Assembly: GCA_016180435.1 (NCBI GenBank)
Contig: JACPBG010000004.1
Span: forward strand, 134,151-198,150
Length of the DNA: 64,000 bases
Reading direction: 5' to 3'
From: Candidatus Sungiibacteriota bacterium
Lineage (GTDB): Bacteria > Patescibacteriota > Minisyncoccia > Sungbacterales > HO2-52-23
A program made the translations under genes and the position numbers. The notes beneath the pieces were generated by a model, which worked only from the letters and a program-made list of their open reading frames with translations, was not told the origin of the DNA and made no database searches. Below are positions 48,209 through 57,978 of this stretch, in pieces. Each line of letters opens with the position of its first letter. Positions within the stretch are counted from its first letter, which is position 1.

Positions 48209-49546
48209 TTACTTTTGCGCAATGACAACAGTTGCGAGAGCAGACGTTTTTCCTTCAGCCGCATCCATGCGCGCATCCAGCCATTTTTCAATGCGCTGGG
48301 ATATATCTTTTCCGAAAAGCGATCCAAGACATCCGACCAGGATTGCAATCGGAACAATGTCCGGGATTCTGGGGTTTAATGCAAAATACCCCATTTTGCA
48401 AAAATCCACCAAACCCTTGGGTATGCAGGCGCTTACATGGTACCCGGTGTGGTTTCTGTTTCCGGCGCGACTCGTGGCAGTGTGTAAAAACGAATCCAGA
48501 AAGAAAATTATGGCCGCGATAAGCATAATAACCATGCGCGGCAGATCATCCATGCCCGGGATCGGAAGAGGAAACGCAAGCGATTGTACATTGACTCCCA
48601 AGTAATTAAGAATAGATTCATTCGCTAGAATCCATGTTGCGGACAGAGCCGCAAAAATCGTATATGGAAGTTTGGATTGTTTAACCTGGGCCTTCTTTTC
48701 AAGATGGCGGTCGGGTGCTATGTCGGCTTTGCGTTCGATGATCATGGAGAAAAATGCCCCCAGGGTTGACCCGAGTACGGTTGATAATATATAGGGCAGA
48801 GAAAGCTCGATCGGCAAATGTACCGAAAAAAGATAGACCGCGTTTACATAGAAGATAGTTCCTCCGAGTAACTCTATGGCAACGATGTAATTATTGTTGC
48901 CGCGGTTTTGTGCCCGGGCCTTCATAGAAGTAAAAAGGTTTTGCAGAATGCTAAGCCCTACAATTACCATGAGGCCGTTTTTCAATGCAACGTCAAAATA
49001 GATCAGGCCATATAGGGTGTAGCCGATGAGTGCTGAAAAAAGCACCCAAAATGTCGGCTCTCTCGCAATATATCGCAGGCGTTTTCCCGGTGCGAGTTTA
49101 TCGTCTCGCGTGGCATCGGCTTTCAAGTCAAATCTTTTGACTACGTATTGCGCCCACAAAACCCCGATGGTACGGCCTGCGGCTACGCCGGCAATAAACG
49201 GGAACAAATAAATCCAATTGGCTCTGGCGTCGTCAAATAGATGCATGGTGGCATACCACGTTCCATTGGAAGCAACAGCCGCGACCGCATGCCAGAAAAA
49301 TGATCCGCGCTGGCGCAAATTGCTCACAAAAACAAAAGAAATAAATTGCGCGATGGCGGCTGAAAAGAAAATTATCGCCTTGCCGTAATCCGGCAGAAGA
49401 TATGCCAGCCCCACTCCGATTATAATGCTTGCCAGCGGTGTTAAACGGCTTCCGATGGTTACCTTGAATTTCAGGCGATGGTGCAGAAACCATCCGGACA
49501 AGCTCGCCAAGATCATCGCCAGTATCAGAATTTCGGTTTGATACAC
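48209..49546 (-). CDS. Polytopic membrane protein with three internal repeats
   Basis: Repeats SF.FVSNLRQRGS..WH / LFTSMKARAQNRGNNNY / LHTATSRAGNRNHTGYH, each followed by G...G...G helices. Confidence 0.75.
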   Translation of the reverse strand: MYQTEILILAMILASLSGWFLHHRLKFKVTIGSRLTPLASIIIGVGLAYLLPDYGKAIIFFSAAIAQFISFVFVSNLRQRGSFFWHAVAAVASNGTWYATMHLFDDARANWIYLFPFIAGVAAGRTIGVLWAQYVVKRFDLKADATRDDKLAPGKRLRYIAREPTFWVLFSALIGYTLYGLIYFDVALKNGLMVIVGLSILQNLFTSMKARAQNRGNNNYIVAIELLGGTIFYVNAVYLFSVHLPIELSLPYILSTVLGSTLGAFFSMIIERKADIAPDRHLEKKAQVKQSKLPYTIFAALSATWILANESILNYLGVNVQSLAFPLPIPGMDDLPRMVIMLIAAIIFFLDSFLHTATSRAGNRNHTGYHVSACIPKGLVDFCKMGYFALNPRIPDIVPIAILVGCLGSLFGKDISQRIEKWLDARMDAAEGKTSALATVVIAQK

Positions 49547-49773
49547 AAAAAGCCCCTTTGGTAATGTGCTGTTGGTAGTAAAGCATAAACCCCATTTTTA
49601 TCTAATCAAAGTTTTCCACAGCCCCGAAGTTACAATAAAATCGGCGCGTAGCGCTACATTCAATATGCCCTCATACACTCTGAACAAAATTTAGTGGACA
49701 ACGAGAAAACTGTTAAGCGAGCCAATCACTTTCTTAATTCAATTAATGGAGGACTGATTTCTGTTATAAGTGA

Positions 49774-49911
49774 GGCATCCTGGGTTTTTCGGCAATGGGA
49801 GGGCGAACAGCTTGGCCCGAGCATTCCAAATTATTTGAGTGCTCGGTGTTCGCCCGACCCTGCAGGCCGCCGCAGGAGCGGCCGAAGCCTTGCCGAAAAA
49901 TACAGGATGCC
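49774..49911 (-). ncRNA. Structured element, family R2 copy 1 (strand inferred)
   Basis: Closing stem GGCATCCTG..TTTTTCGGCAA / TTGCCGAAAAA..CAGGATGCC with two internal hairpins. Homologous to 56013-56162. Confidence 0.55.
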
Positions 49912-50085
49912 GAGCGAAAATTTTGTCCAAACCGAAGTTCTTGAATTAAAAAGTGGTTGGCGAGCTGTATATTAAACCACAATTTTAAATTTTGTGAAGT
50001 TCCCAAACGCTTTTCCACAGGCATAATGAAAGCAGATGTTCTCTGACAATAACATAACGGCATCTATAGGCATGGAGGATCGGAA

Positions 50086-53000
50086 ATGAAAAAAAGATCA
50101 ACTTATTGGCTTGAAGATAACGAAAGAAGATTAAACCTATTGCGTGAACACCGACTTGACCCATGGGAAGAACTTGAGAAATTGTTTCCGGAAAAAACCA
50201 GACGTGCCATTAAACATACAATGTCCGGGTATAGAATTCGGAGGGATCGTGATAAAGTGCCTGATGCGAACGTTGGCCCACAAAAGTGGACTCAAGAACT
50301 TATTGAAGATCTCCGTGAAAATCGAAATAAGCCCTGGCCATTTCTTACAAAAAGATTCGGCTGTCGTAAACGTCAGCTGGAGAGTATTATGGGCGAAAAT
50401 GACATCCGGCGCGACCGTCTTGAAAATATCATCTGGGACGAGAATCACGAGCGGATTCTAATTGAAGCTGCGCTTGAATCTCATTCTTATAGTCCGTATA
50501 TTTCGGCGGGAAGAAAAAAACTTAGGGACATTATCATAGCAACACGCGCGAAATTAAAAGAATTAGGATTCAGGGGAAGTACAACTCATAATGCATTAAA
50601 GATGCATATACACAATTTAACGCCGGAACGAGTTGCCGCGCTTGGCTTCAAAGAGATCCTAATACCGATTATCTGGGGAAAATCCGAAAAGGGTAAAGTT
50701 GAAGAAGTAACGGTCAGGTGGTGGGAAGAACTTGAAAAATCCGACTCGGAACGGTATCAGAAGTTCAAGGATGAATTTTTGAACCGCTGGCGTTCTGATT
50801 ACCGTGTTGCCGGAAATACCAATGAGGACCTGCTTAAAGAATGGCAGGAAGCGGTAAGCGTAGACGGTTTAAAGGCCGCCGCAAGATTTTTGGGAGAAAC
50901 GCGAACTCGAATTGAAATCGTACGCGAATATAAAAGCGTGGAGGAACTAGATAAGAAGATTGACCGCCGCATGACCGAGCTTATTTACGAAAATATACTT
51001 AAGGAGGCGGGTGCTGAAGGTTTGCGGCAGCGCATTTTAATTGAATTTGCCGATGAAATTGCTAAGATCAAATTCAATTTGACTCCTGAGTATTTCGGAA
51101 AGAAGCTTGGCCGAATTTTGTGGGTTGACGAAAAGGGCGGCGCGCTTGCTACTCTGAGGGAGTTTATCGAAAAAGGAATCGTGGATAAATTTACCGAGTA
51201 CCATCGTCATATCCCTTTGGAAATGATTCAGTCCAAAGAACGGGAAGAAAGGGGTCTTACGACCGTTAAGCATCCTGCGCCCTTTGCTTCTAATTTCGTT
51301 CACGGCATCGGTCGCATTATAGGAGACGGAGATAAAGATATTCCGGAGGAAGAAATCCGCAATTTCAAACTGCCGGAAATATCTTTTGATAAGCCCCTGG
51401 AGATAGCGTTTCGGGACCCAAGAAATTTTAAGTTTGGAATCATGAGCGGTCCGCAGCTTGGTCTATTGCATACTCCTCGTATGGAGCAAAATCCAATTCG
51501 TCGCAGTTTCGCCTATGCCGAAAGAAATAAATGGGAAGCGTTTCTCCTAACAGGAATTTTTGATCTTGATATGACCAAGGCCGCGGGTCCGGTCAAGGGC
51601 CTGCGTTCTCTTTATAGCGGCAGAAATACCAACGTCAATGTGCTTGATCCCGGATATCAAGAAGTGGCGCTTGGCGTCATAAACGCGATTAAAGCCAACG
51701 AATTTACCAGCGAGATTATTTATGAAACCGCCAAAGAGGCAGCCAAAAATCTGTTGTGCGGATGGTGGAATGTTTTTATCCGTCCCGATAAGACCCCTGA
51801 ATTTTCGGGAAAAGTGTTGATTGTATTCGGTCCCAAGGAATTTGAAACCGTGATGGCCGCGGCGCATGCGGAAATCGTATTCATAACAGGACGCAAACAA
51901 GGAGAGCTTCGTGCTCTGGCAGCTGCAGCAGCACGCGCCATGAGGCGTGATGAGAAAGAAATTCGCGCGATTGATAAAAAACTTGCGGATCTGGAGCGCG
52001 ACCTTACTCGAGAAGAAGATCCGGCGGTTAAAGAAAAATTGCAAAAGACATATGAAGATCTGCGCAACACTTTAACCGAGGATAAGAAAGAAATTGAAGA
52101 ACTAAAAGCCGAATTCCGCCGACTTAAGGAACAGGAGTCGCGCACCCGCATGACTAACGTTACACCCGAAGATTGGCAGCGGTTCCATAAATTGGCACTG
52201 GCATTGATTTCTCTTCTCGTTCAACGCGCCATTCCAGGATCGCAAGTGATATCTTTGGGCGATACATTCATAAAAGTCGGACCGGAGCCAAAGGATAAAG
52301 TTCATATTGTTATCCCGGGGCATTTGCAAGTGACCGATGCGCTTCTCTCCAAATTTTGTGATTCTTATGCGTCCCTGGCGCTTTCAATGAAGATGGCGGA
52401 AACAGTTGTAATCTGCCATCCGCACGCGATTTCCTATGCCGTGACAGCGCGTGAAGTTGATGCCAAAGGAAAACGTGAATACTCCCCGCGAGTGTATGTG
52501 GCGCCAATTCTAGTGGATGGGAAATTCATGCGAGAGAAAACGAGCCAAATTGTTCGGGGCGGAGGGCATCCGATTAGGAGCGTGGTTAATCATCCCATGT
52601 TTCAGGGTGGACTCCTGGAAATTACCGCTACCAACGGTATGGTAAATGCATCTCCGGTTACGATTGAGGCACTGGGTTTTTACGAAACAATCGCGAGGCG
52701 TAAATCGCCGACTAAATATCCTACCGGTAAATACATCTGGATTATGGCTGCCACTGACCAGCATTGGGGAGGGCGCGCCAAGGAATTTTTGCGTAACCCT
52801 AGGGTTGGTAAAAGCTTGGGTATGGCCGAGGCGGTATTTTATCTTATGCATATGTCTGGTTACGGAGACGGCGACAAATTACCGCCATTCCATATGTTCG
52901 TGGTGAATGACGACCCGACTCAAGGACACCATTTTCCTGCAGAAAAAGAGCCACATCGGCACGAAATGCAGCACTATCGTTTCGAAAAAGAACTGCATGA

Positions 53001-53883
53001 ACTTCGCGGGCAAATCAAAGCAGAGAAAAATCCGCGAATACGCGAAACCCTAATTGACAAGATGGAGGCTTTCTCCAGTCGTCAAGTACGCGTGCGCGGA
53101 ACAGATTCTTATACCCGTCAGATCGACGCATTTGTGAAATGTCATATTAAGCCAAACATCGATATCTTTAGCGGAATGCTTTTGCGAAGCATTAAAGCAG
53201 GACTTAGGTTGCGTCCGGTTAGCGAATTTGAGGATTATCTTGAGGTTCCTTACGACACGTGTGATCTCGGGTTTGACAATAATGGCACGGGTAACCACGG
53301 CATAAAGACAACCGACGGGAATTTATCCGAAGGATGGTTATTCGCGGAATTCAAGAAATCGTACTTACTGGCGCGTCCGCAATGGGCCGGCCAAGAGGAA
53401 CTTCTGGATAAATATGTAAAGGGACCGGTCTTTGGAAATAAATTCATAGCTTTTGGGACAGTACAGGCATCCGGCGGCTATGAATACGCGTTTGATCTTC
53501 GCAATACCCCGGCGGCCAATGCGGTAGATTGGGGTAACACCGTTCGTCAGGGAGCAAGAATTGCGTTGCGACGAGCGAATTACTCACGCATTTTTGATGA
53601 AAAGTTTATTGTTCGGATGTCGGGCGATAAGCACTTTCTCGGGGCCTTGCTTGCCTCGTTTTTCCTGGAGTTCATGGCGCCCGCCGGAACACATACGGAT
53701 GCGTTTGGCGAGCTTGGTTTTCCGCCGAATAATACCGGAATCGTGTTTCTGGGCCTTCCCGCCGAAGGACCAAGATCCGGACCAATTCTTATCAGGCCAC
53801 TGCTCGTTCATCATTTACGCGATTATATCGAGGAACATCCTCGCTCGTTCGATTGGGAGGCATTTTTACCCAATCCATTATGA
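50086..53883 (+). CDS. 1265-aa protein: Myb/HTH-like repeats, coiled coil, two calcineurin-like phosphoesterase-like regions
   Basis: W-containing helical repeats at the N-terminus; ATDQHWG, NDD, GTGNHG and GDKHF in the C-terminal half; GGAGG RBS. Confidence 0.6.
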   Translation: MKKRSTYWLEDNERRLNLLREHRLDPWEELEKLFPEKTRRAIKHTMSGYRIRRDRDKVPDANVGPQKWTQELIEDLRENRNKPWPFLTKRFGCRKRQLESIMGENDIRRDRLENIIWDENHERILIEAALESHSYSPYISAGRKKLRDIIIATRAKLKELGFRGSTTHNALKMHIHNLTPERVAALGFKEILIPIIWGKSEKGKVEEVTVRWWEELEKSDSERYQKFKDEFLNRWRSDYRVAGNTNEDLLKEWQEAVSVDGLKAAARFLGETRTRIEIVREYKSVEELDKKIDRRMTELIYENILKEAGAEGLRQRILIEFADEIAKIKFNLTPEYFGKKLGRILWVDEKGGALATLREFIEKGIVDKFTEYHRHIPLEMIQSKEREERGLTTVKHPAPFASNFVHGIGRIIGDGDKDIPEEEIRNFKLPEISFDKPLEIAFRDPRNFKFGIMSGPQLGLLHTPRMEQNPIRRSFAYAERNKWEAFLLTGIFDLDMTKAAGPVKGLRSLYSGRNTNVNVLDPGYQEVALGVINAIKANEFTSEIIYETAKEAAKNLLCGWWNVFIRPDKTPEFSGKVLIVFGPKEFETVMAAAHAEIVFITGRKQGELRALAAAAARAMRRDEKEIRAIDKKLADLERDLTREEDPAVKEKLQKTYEDLRNTLTEDKKEIEELKAEFRRLKEQESRTRMTNVTPEDWQRFHKLALALISLLVQRAIPGSQVISLGDTFIKVGPEPKDKVHIVIPGHLQVTDALLSKFCDSYASLALSMKMAETVVICHPHAISYAVTAREVDAKGKREYSPRVYVAPILVDGKFMREKTSQIVRGGGHPIRSVVNHPMFQGGLLEITATNGMVNASPVTIEALGFYETIARRKSPTKYPTGKYIWIMAATDQHWGGRAKEFLRNPRVGKSLGMAEAVFYLMHMSGYGDGDKLPPFHMFVVNDDPTQGHHFPAEKEPHRHEMQHYRFEKELHELRGQIKAEKNPRIRETLIDKMEAFSSRQVRVRGTDSYTRQIDAFVKCHIKPNIDIFSGMLLRSIKAGLRLRPVSEFEDYLEVPYDTCDLGFDNNGTGNHGIKTTDGNLSEGWLFAEFKKSYLLARPQWAGQEELLDKYVKGPVFGNKFIAFGTVQASGGYEYAFDLRNTPAANAVDWGNTVRQGARIALRRANYSRIFDEKFIVRMSGDKHFLGALLASFFLEFMAPAGTHTDAFGELGFPPNNTGIVFLGLPAEGPRSGPILIRPLLVHHLRDYIEEHPRSFDWEAFLPNPL

Positions 53884-54017
53884 ATTAGAGTACCCGAGAT
53901 TCATTTCTCGGGATTTTATTTATTTATTATCTATCAAAAAAAAGAGTAACGCTGTTGGACCAGGATTTTCACCCCGTTAGATAAATTTTAAGCAAACCTG
54001 CGGGACCTGGATTTTTA

Positions 54018-54194
54018 CCCCGTTAGATACAAAATATTTAACCCGCTTCCGGGTAGGGCTGCCGGGCTTGGACTCGAACCAAGATAACATGCTTCAGAGG
54101 CATGCATCCTACCGTTAGATGACCCGGCAGCTCTACCAATAAACAGGCAGATTTTAAATAATTAACACGGTGAATTCTTAAGTATCTAACGGGG
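54018..54194. mobile_element. CCCCG-terminated element (subfamily A) carrying an intact tRNA-Gln(CTG)
   Basis: Perfect 13-bp terminal IR CCCCGTTAGATAC / GTATCTAACGGGG. Confidence 0.85.
54059..54129 (-). tRNA. tRNA-Gln(CTG)
   Basis: Acceptor TGCCGGG/CCCGGCA; anticodon arm CATGC CTCTGAA GCATG; T arm CTTGG TTCGAGT CCAAG. Confidence 0.93.
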
Positions 54195-54312
54195 CGGGCC
54201 AGGATAACATGCTCCAGAGGCATGTGTCCTACCGTTAGACGATCCCGCAAAAATTGAAAAATCGTTCCGTTATCGGAACGATTTTAAATATAGCATAAAA
54301 GGCGCAAAAAAT

Positions 54313-55215
54313 CTATATATCCAGGTACTTTCGCACCGCGAGGAAACTGGAAAATACGCCGATTAAAATTCCGGTGCCGAATAAAATTGCGGAAAATTCT
54401 AATAAATTCATGAGGAAATATTGGAACAGATCAAAACTCGGCATAAGAAGAATCAGGCGCGGGGAAATAAGCCAGACCAGCGGAAAAAATATCAAAACCG
54501 TTAAAATCGCGGCCGATGCTCCGTAAAGCACGCCGGAAACCAGAAACGGCCCGCGGATAAACCAGCGCGCAGCGCCCACCAGACGCATAATGCCGATTTC
54601 TTCCCGCATGGTATAAATTGCCATACGAATTGTATTTACTGAGACCAAAATAGCGATGATGGAAAGCACCAAAACAAGCACCGAACCCCCGCCGCGCACC
54701 GAATTCAAAATAGTGGACAGGCGCTCAATCACCAGCTTGTTTTCAAAATAATTTATTTTATCAATCACCGGATATTTTTTGCCGGATAAAAATTCGCTGA
54801 TAGCCGCATATTGCGCTGGATTTTTGGCGCGAATATTCAAACTTGCCTGCAGGGGATTTTCTCCCAATTCTTCCAGCGCTTGTCCGATAAGTTCCTCGTC
54901 TTTATGGCGCGCGCGGAAAACTTGCAGTGCTTCGTCCCGCGAAACATATTGGACTTGAGCCACATCCGGATGCGATTCCAAATCCTTTTTTACCGCGAAA
55001 ATGTTTTCCTCCGGGGCATCGGAGGCAAAATATACGGATACGTCAATTTTGGACCCGAACTCCGCCAAAATGGTGGATGCAAAAGCCGAAAGGAAAATCA
55101 AATTCCCCAAAACAAAAAGCGAGAGCACCATGACCATCACAGTCGCGGCCGAAAGCCAGCCGTTGCGTTTGAAATTCAAAAATCCGGTTTTTAGAATTCG
55201 TTTTAGTGTTGTCAT
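54313..55215 (-). CDS. ftsX: Cell division permease FtsX
   Basis: Motifs RNGWLS.A, LGENPL.AS, NTIR.AIY.REEI.IMRLVGA..WFIRGPF; follows ftsE. Confidence 0.93.
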   Translation of the reverse strand: MTTLKRILKTGFLNFKRNGWLSAATVMVMVLSLFVLGNLIFLSAFASTILAEFGSKIDVSVYFASDAPEENIFAVKKDLESHPDVAQVQYVSRDEALQVFRARHKDEELIGQALEELGENPLQASLNIRAKNPAQYAAISEFLSGKKYPVIDKINYFENKLVIERLSTILNSVRGGGSVLVLVLSIIAILVSVNTIRMAIYTMREEIGIMRLVGAARWFIRGPFLVSGVLYGASAAILTVLIFFPLVWLISPRLILLMPSFDLFQYFLMNLLEFSAILFGTGILIGVFSSFLAVRKYLDI

Positions 55216-55320
55216 AATTATAGAAGCAAAGTTAAACGCAAACTATAACGCAAAATCAAACGCAATACAATTTTTTATTATCAATCCCTCCTCCTCGGAA
55301 AATGAAAATTAACTGCACAT

Positions 55321-56001
55321 CTACACCAAATACTTTCCATTTTCCTTATCACTCACCACCATTCCCTTATCCAGCACCACTACCCGCTTGCCTATCATAT
55401 TGATCACCTCTTTATCATGGGACGCCAGAACCACCGTGGTTCCGAGCTCATTGATTTTTTGCAGTAACTTTATTATCTCCCATGTATTTATGGGGTCAAG
55501 GTTGCCGGTCGGCTCATCCGCCAAAATAACATCCGGCCGGTTCACGATCGCGCGCGCAATCGCCACCCGCTGTTTTTCTCCGCCGGACAACTGATGCGGG
55601 AAATTGTGCATTTTATCCTTAAGCCCCACGATCTCAAGCGATTGCGGGACATCCTCGTCTATCTCCTCATCCGATTTGCCGGATGCCTCCATGGCAAACG
55701 CCACATTCTCATACGCGGTCTTGGAAGAAAGAAGCTTATAATCCTGAAAAATGGTGCCGATGCGGCGCCGGAGCAGATGCAGGCGTCTTCGATCAAGCTC
55801 GCCGACCTCCGCGCCGTCAAAAATTATCTTGCCGCGGGACGGCTCCTCCTCCCGTATCAATAATTTCAAAAACGTGGTTTTCCCCGCGCCCGAAGAACCC
55901 ACCACGGAAACAAATTCCTTGGGATTAATTTTAAGAGTCACGTCTTTTAACGCGACGGAATTGTGGTTATAAAATTTTGAGACGTTATCAAAAAAAATCA
56001 T
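55321..56001 (-). CDS. ftsE: Cell division ATP-binding protein FtsE
   Basis: Motifs [45 protein letters not shown]. Confidence 0.95.
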   Translation of the reverse strand: MIFFDNVSKFYNHNSVALKDVTLKINPKEFVSVVGSSGAGKTTFLKLLIREEEPSRGKIIFDGAEVGELDRRRLHLLRRRIGTIFQDYKLLSSKTAYENVAFAMEASGKSDEEIDEDVPQSLEIVGLKDKMHNFPHQLSGGEKQRVAIARAIVNRPDVILADEPTGNLDPINTWEIIKLLQKINELGTTVVLASHDKEVINMIGKRVVVLDKGMVVSDKENGKYLV

Positions 56002-56012
56002 TGCTCGCTTTT

Positions 56013-56162
56013 TAATTTCAGCAACATGGTTTTGAAACCCGCTCGTCTCGCCAGCGCGAGACTCGCTAAGCATCCAGCGCGGCGCCGCGCACTCAATACT
56101 TTGAGTGCTCGGACCATGCCGCCGCGCCTCCTGATTGTTTCAAAACCATATTACTGAAATTA
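56013..56162 (+). ncRNA. Structured element, family R2 copy 2 (strand inferred)
   Basis: Closing stem TAATTTCAGCAACATGGTTTTGAAAC / GTTTCAAAACCATATTACTGAAATTA; same internal architecture as 49774-49911. Confidence 0.55.
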
Positions 56163-56213
56163 TTTGACTCGCTTTCTACATTTGCTTAATGTAGCACCTA
56201 TCGGTGCAATCAC

Positions 56214-56585
56214 TTAACTATTTTTTATATTTGATTGTAATTCGTCCCATTTCCGTTTAACTTTCTCGCTTGAAACCGGGCTTATATCTAAATCTATTCT
56301 GCCGTTCTCAACCCACAAAATGAGGCGAGATGTACCGCCGTCTCCCAAAGAAATATTAAGACTTGAGAATCCTTCTCCGGCGTCATGAATAAACCTATCA
56401 ATATCCCGCAAAAATTGTTTGGTACTGACTCCGTCTTGAAAATCTCCGCTATTGCCGCCGGTCAAAATATGATTAATTTCACTAAGCGCCGCATACAATT
56501 TTTGCTTATCTTGCGATGTTATTGCTTCAGTAATCTCTTTTGCCAATGTTGATTTTTTAGATTCTTTTTTCGGATCACCTTCCAT
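56214..56585 (-). CDS. Hypothetical protein
   Basis: ORF starting 4 nt after the prfB stop. Confidence 0.6.
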   Translation of the reverse strand: MEGDPKKESKKSTLAKEITEAITSQDKQKLYAALSEINHILTGGNSGDFQDGVSTKQFLRDIDRFIHDAGEGFSSLNISLGDGGTSRLILWVENGRIDLDISPVSSEKVKRKWDELQSNIKNS

Positions 56586-56589
56586 AATT

Positions 56590-57685
56590 TTACATTTTAA
56601 TCTCGGCTTCGATAAATTCATCCAAATCCCCATCAAGCACCTTATCAATTTGCGAGGTTTCAATGTCTGTCCGGTGGTCCTTTACCATTTGATACGGGTG
56701 CATAACGTAGGAACGGATTTGACTTCCCCATTCTATGGAGACCTTTTCATTGCGGACTCCGCTACGTTCCTGTTCCTGTTTTTCAAGAGCGGCGCGGTAA
56801 AGTTTGGAACGCAAAAGATCCATGGCTATCTCCCGATTCCGTTCCTGCGAACGCTCGGCTTGGGATGCCACCTGAATGCCGGTCGGAGTATGAATAATGC
56901 GTACAGCTGTTTCGCGCTTATTCACATTTTGCCCGCCCGGGCCGGATGAGCGGAAAAATTCCACCTTAATATCGTCTGATTTTAATTCAACCTCGTCCGG
57001 CGCCACAAACTCCGGCATAACATCCACTAGCACAAAAGAGGTGTGGCGCAATTTCTGCGCGGAAAACGGGGAAATTCTTACTAAACGGTGTACCCCCGAT
57101 TCTTTTTTCAAATATCCGTATGCCGCCGGACCCTGAATAGCGATTGTGGCGTTTTTCATGCCCAATCCGCCCGGACCGGAATATTCCCCCCAATGTTCAT
57201 GGAGGATTTTTGCCATCCATTTGCGGCGTTCGGCATATCTTTGAAACATGCGCAGGAGAATGGCGGCCCAATCCTCCGCATCTTTTCCTCCGGCTCCGGC
57301 ATAAACCGATAATACCGCACTGCCTTTGTCGTATTTACCGGAAAAATAAAGTTCGTTCTCCCGGCGATGAACCGCCTGCGAAACATTATCCGCCTTCCCG
57401 GCTAATTCTTTCAAAAAATTATCATCGGATGATTCGGTCGCCGCCAATTCCGCCAAATCCTTTAATTCTTTATCCAATGCCTCCCAGTCCTCAACCGAAC
57501 GTTTCAAAACAGCCAATTCCTGCGATGATTTTGCGGCGCTCTCGCGCATATCCCAAAAATTAGGGTGCTGCATGTCTTTTTCTATTTTCAAAATTTCTTC
57601 GCGTTTTCCGGCTATGTCAAAGACGGTCCGCGAGACCGCGGATCTTAATACCCAATAAATTCAGCTTTTCGCCAAGATAATCCAT
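56590..57685 (-). CDS. prfB: Peptide chain release factor 2 with programmed +1 frameshift
   Basis: ATG 57685 reads MDYLGEKLNLLGIKIRGLADRL, then CTT TGA C (57622-57616). Motifs RISPF and GPGGQNVNK. Confidence 0.95.
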
Positions 57686-57978
57686 AACTTTCTTAATCAT
57701 ACCATGATAATATAAAAAATAAAGGGGACTGTTATGAATTTGGTGAATAATGAGATTTTAAGCCAATTTTATTCTTCGAGCCTGTCGAGAAGTACATTAT
57801 GGATTAAGGTAATTTCTCGACGCGCCGCCGCTGCGGCTTGCTCGAAAAAATAACTTATTTAGGCATTACTCACCAAATTTTGTTATACACCCCTATAATA
57901 ATTTGGGGGGGGTAATTTAAATCAAACTTTGATCGTAAAAACCGTACGGGCTTTCAGAAATTTTTCAAGACAGCGTTC

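Larger units (their letters stand above)
53998..54249 (-). pseudogene. Split tRNA-Gln(CTG), interrupted in the T loop
   Basis: 5' part 54249-54199 (TGCGGGA...CATGC CTCTGGA GCATG TTAT CCTGG). 3' part 54013-53998 (AAT CCAGG TCCCGCA G). Acceptor and T stems are complementary. Confidence 0.85.

Noticed and set aside
49774-49911. 6S RNA candidate
   Set aside because: It lacks a large two-sided central bubble and has a second homologous copy at 56 kb.
54038-54250. 70-aa ORF with an internal repeat
   Set aside because: It is a translation of the two tRNA-Gln copies.
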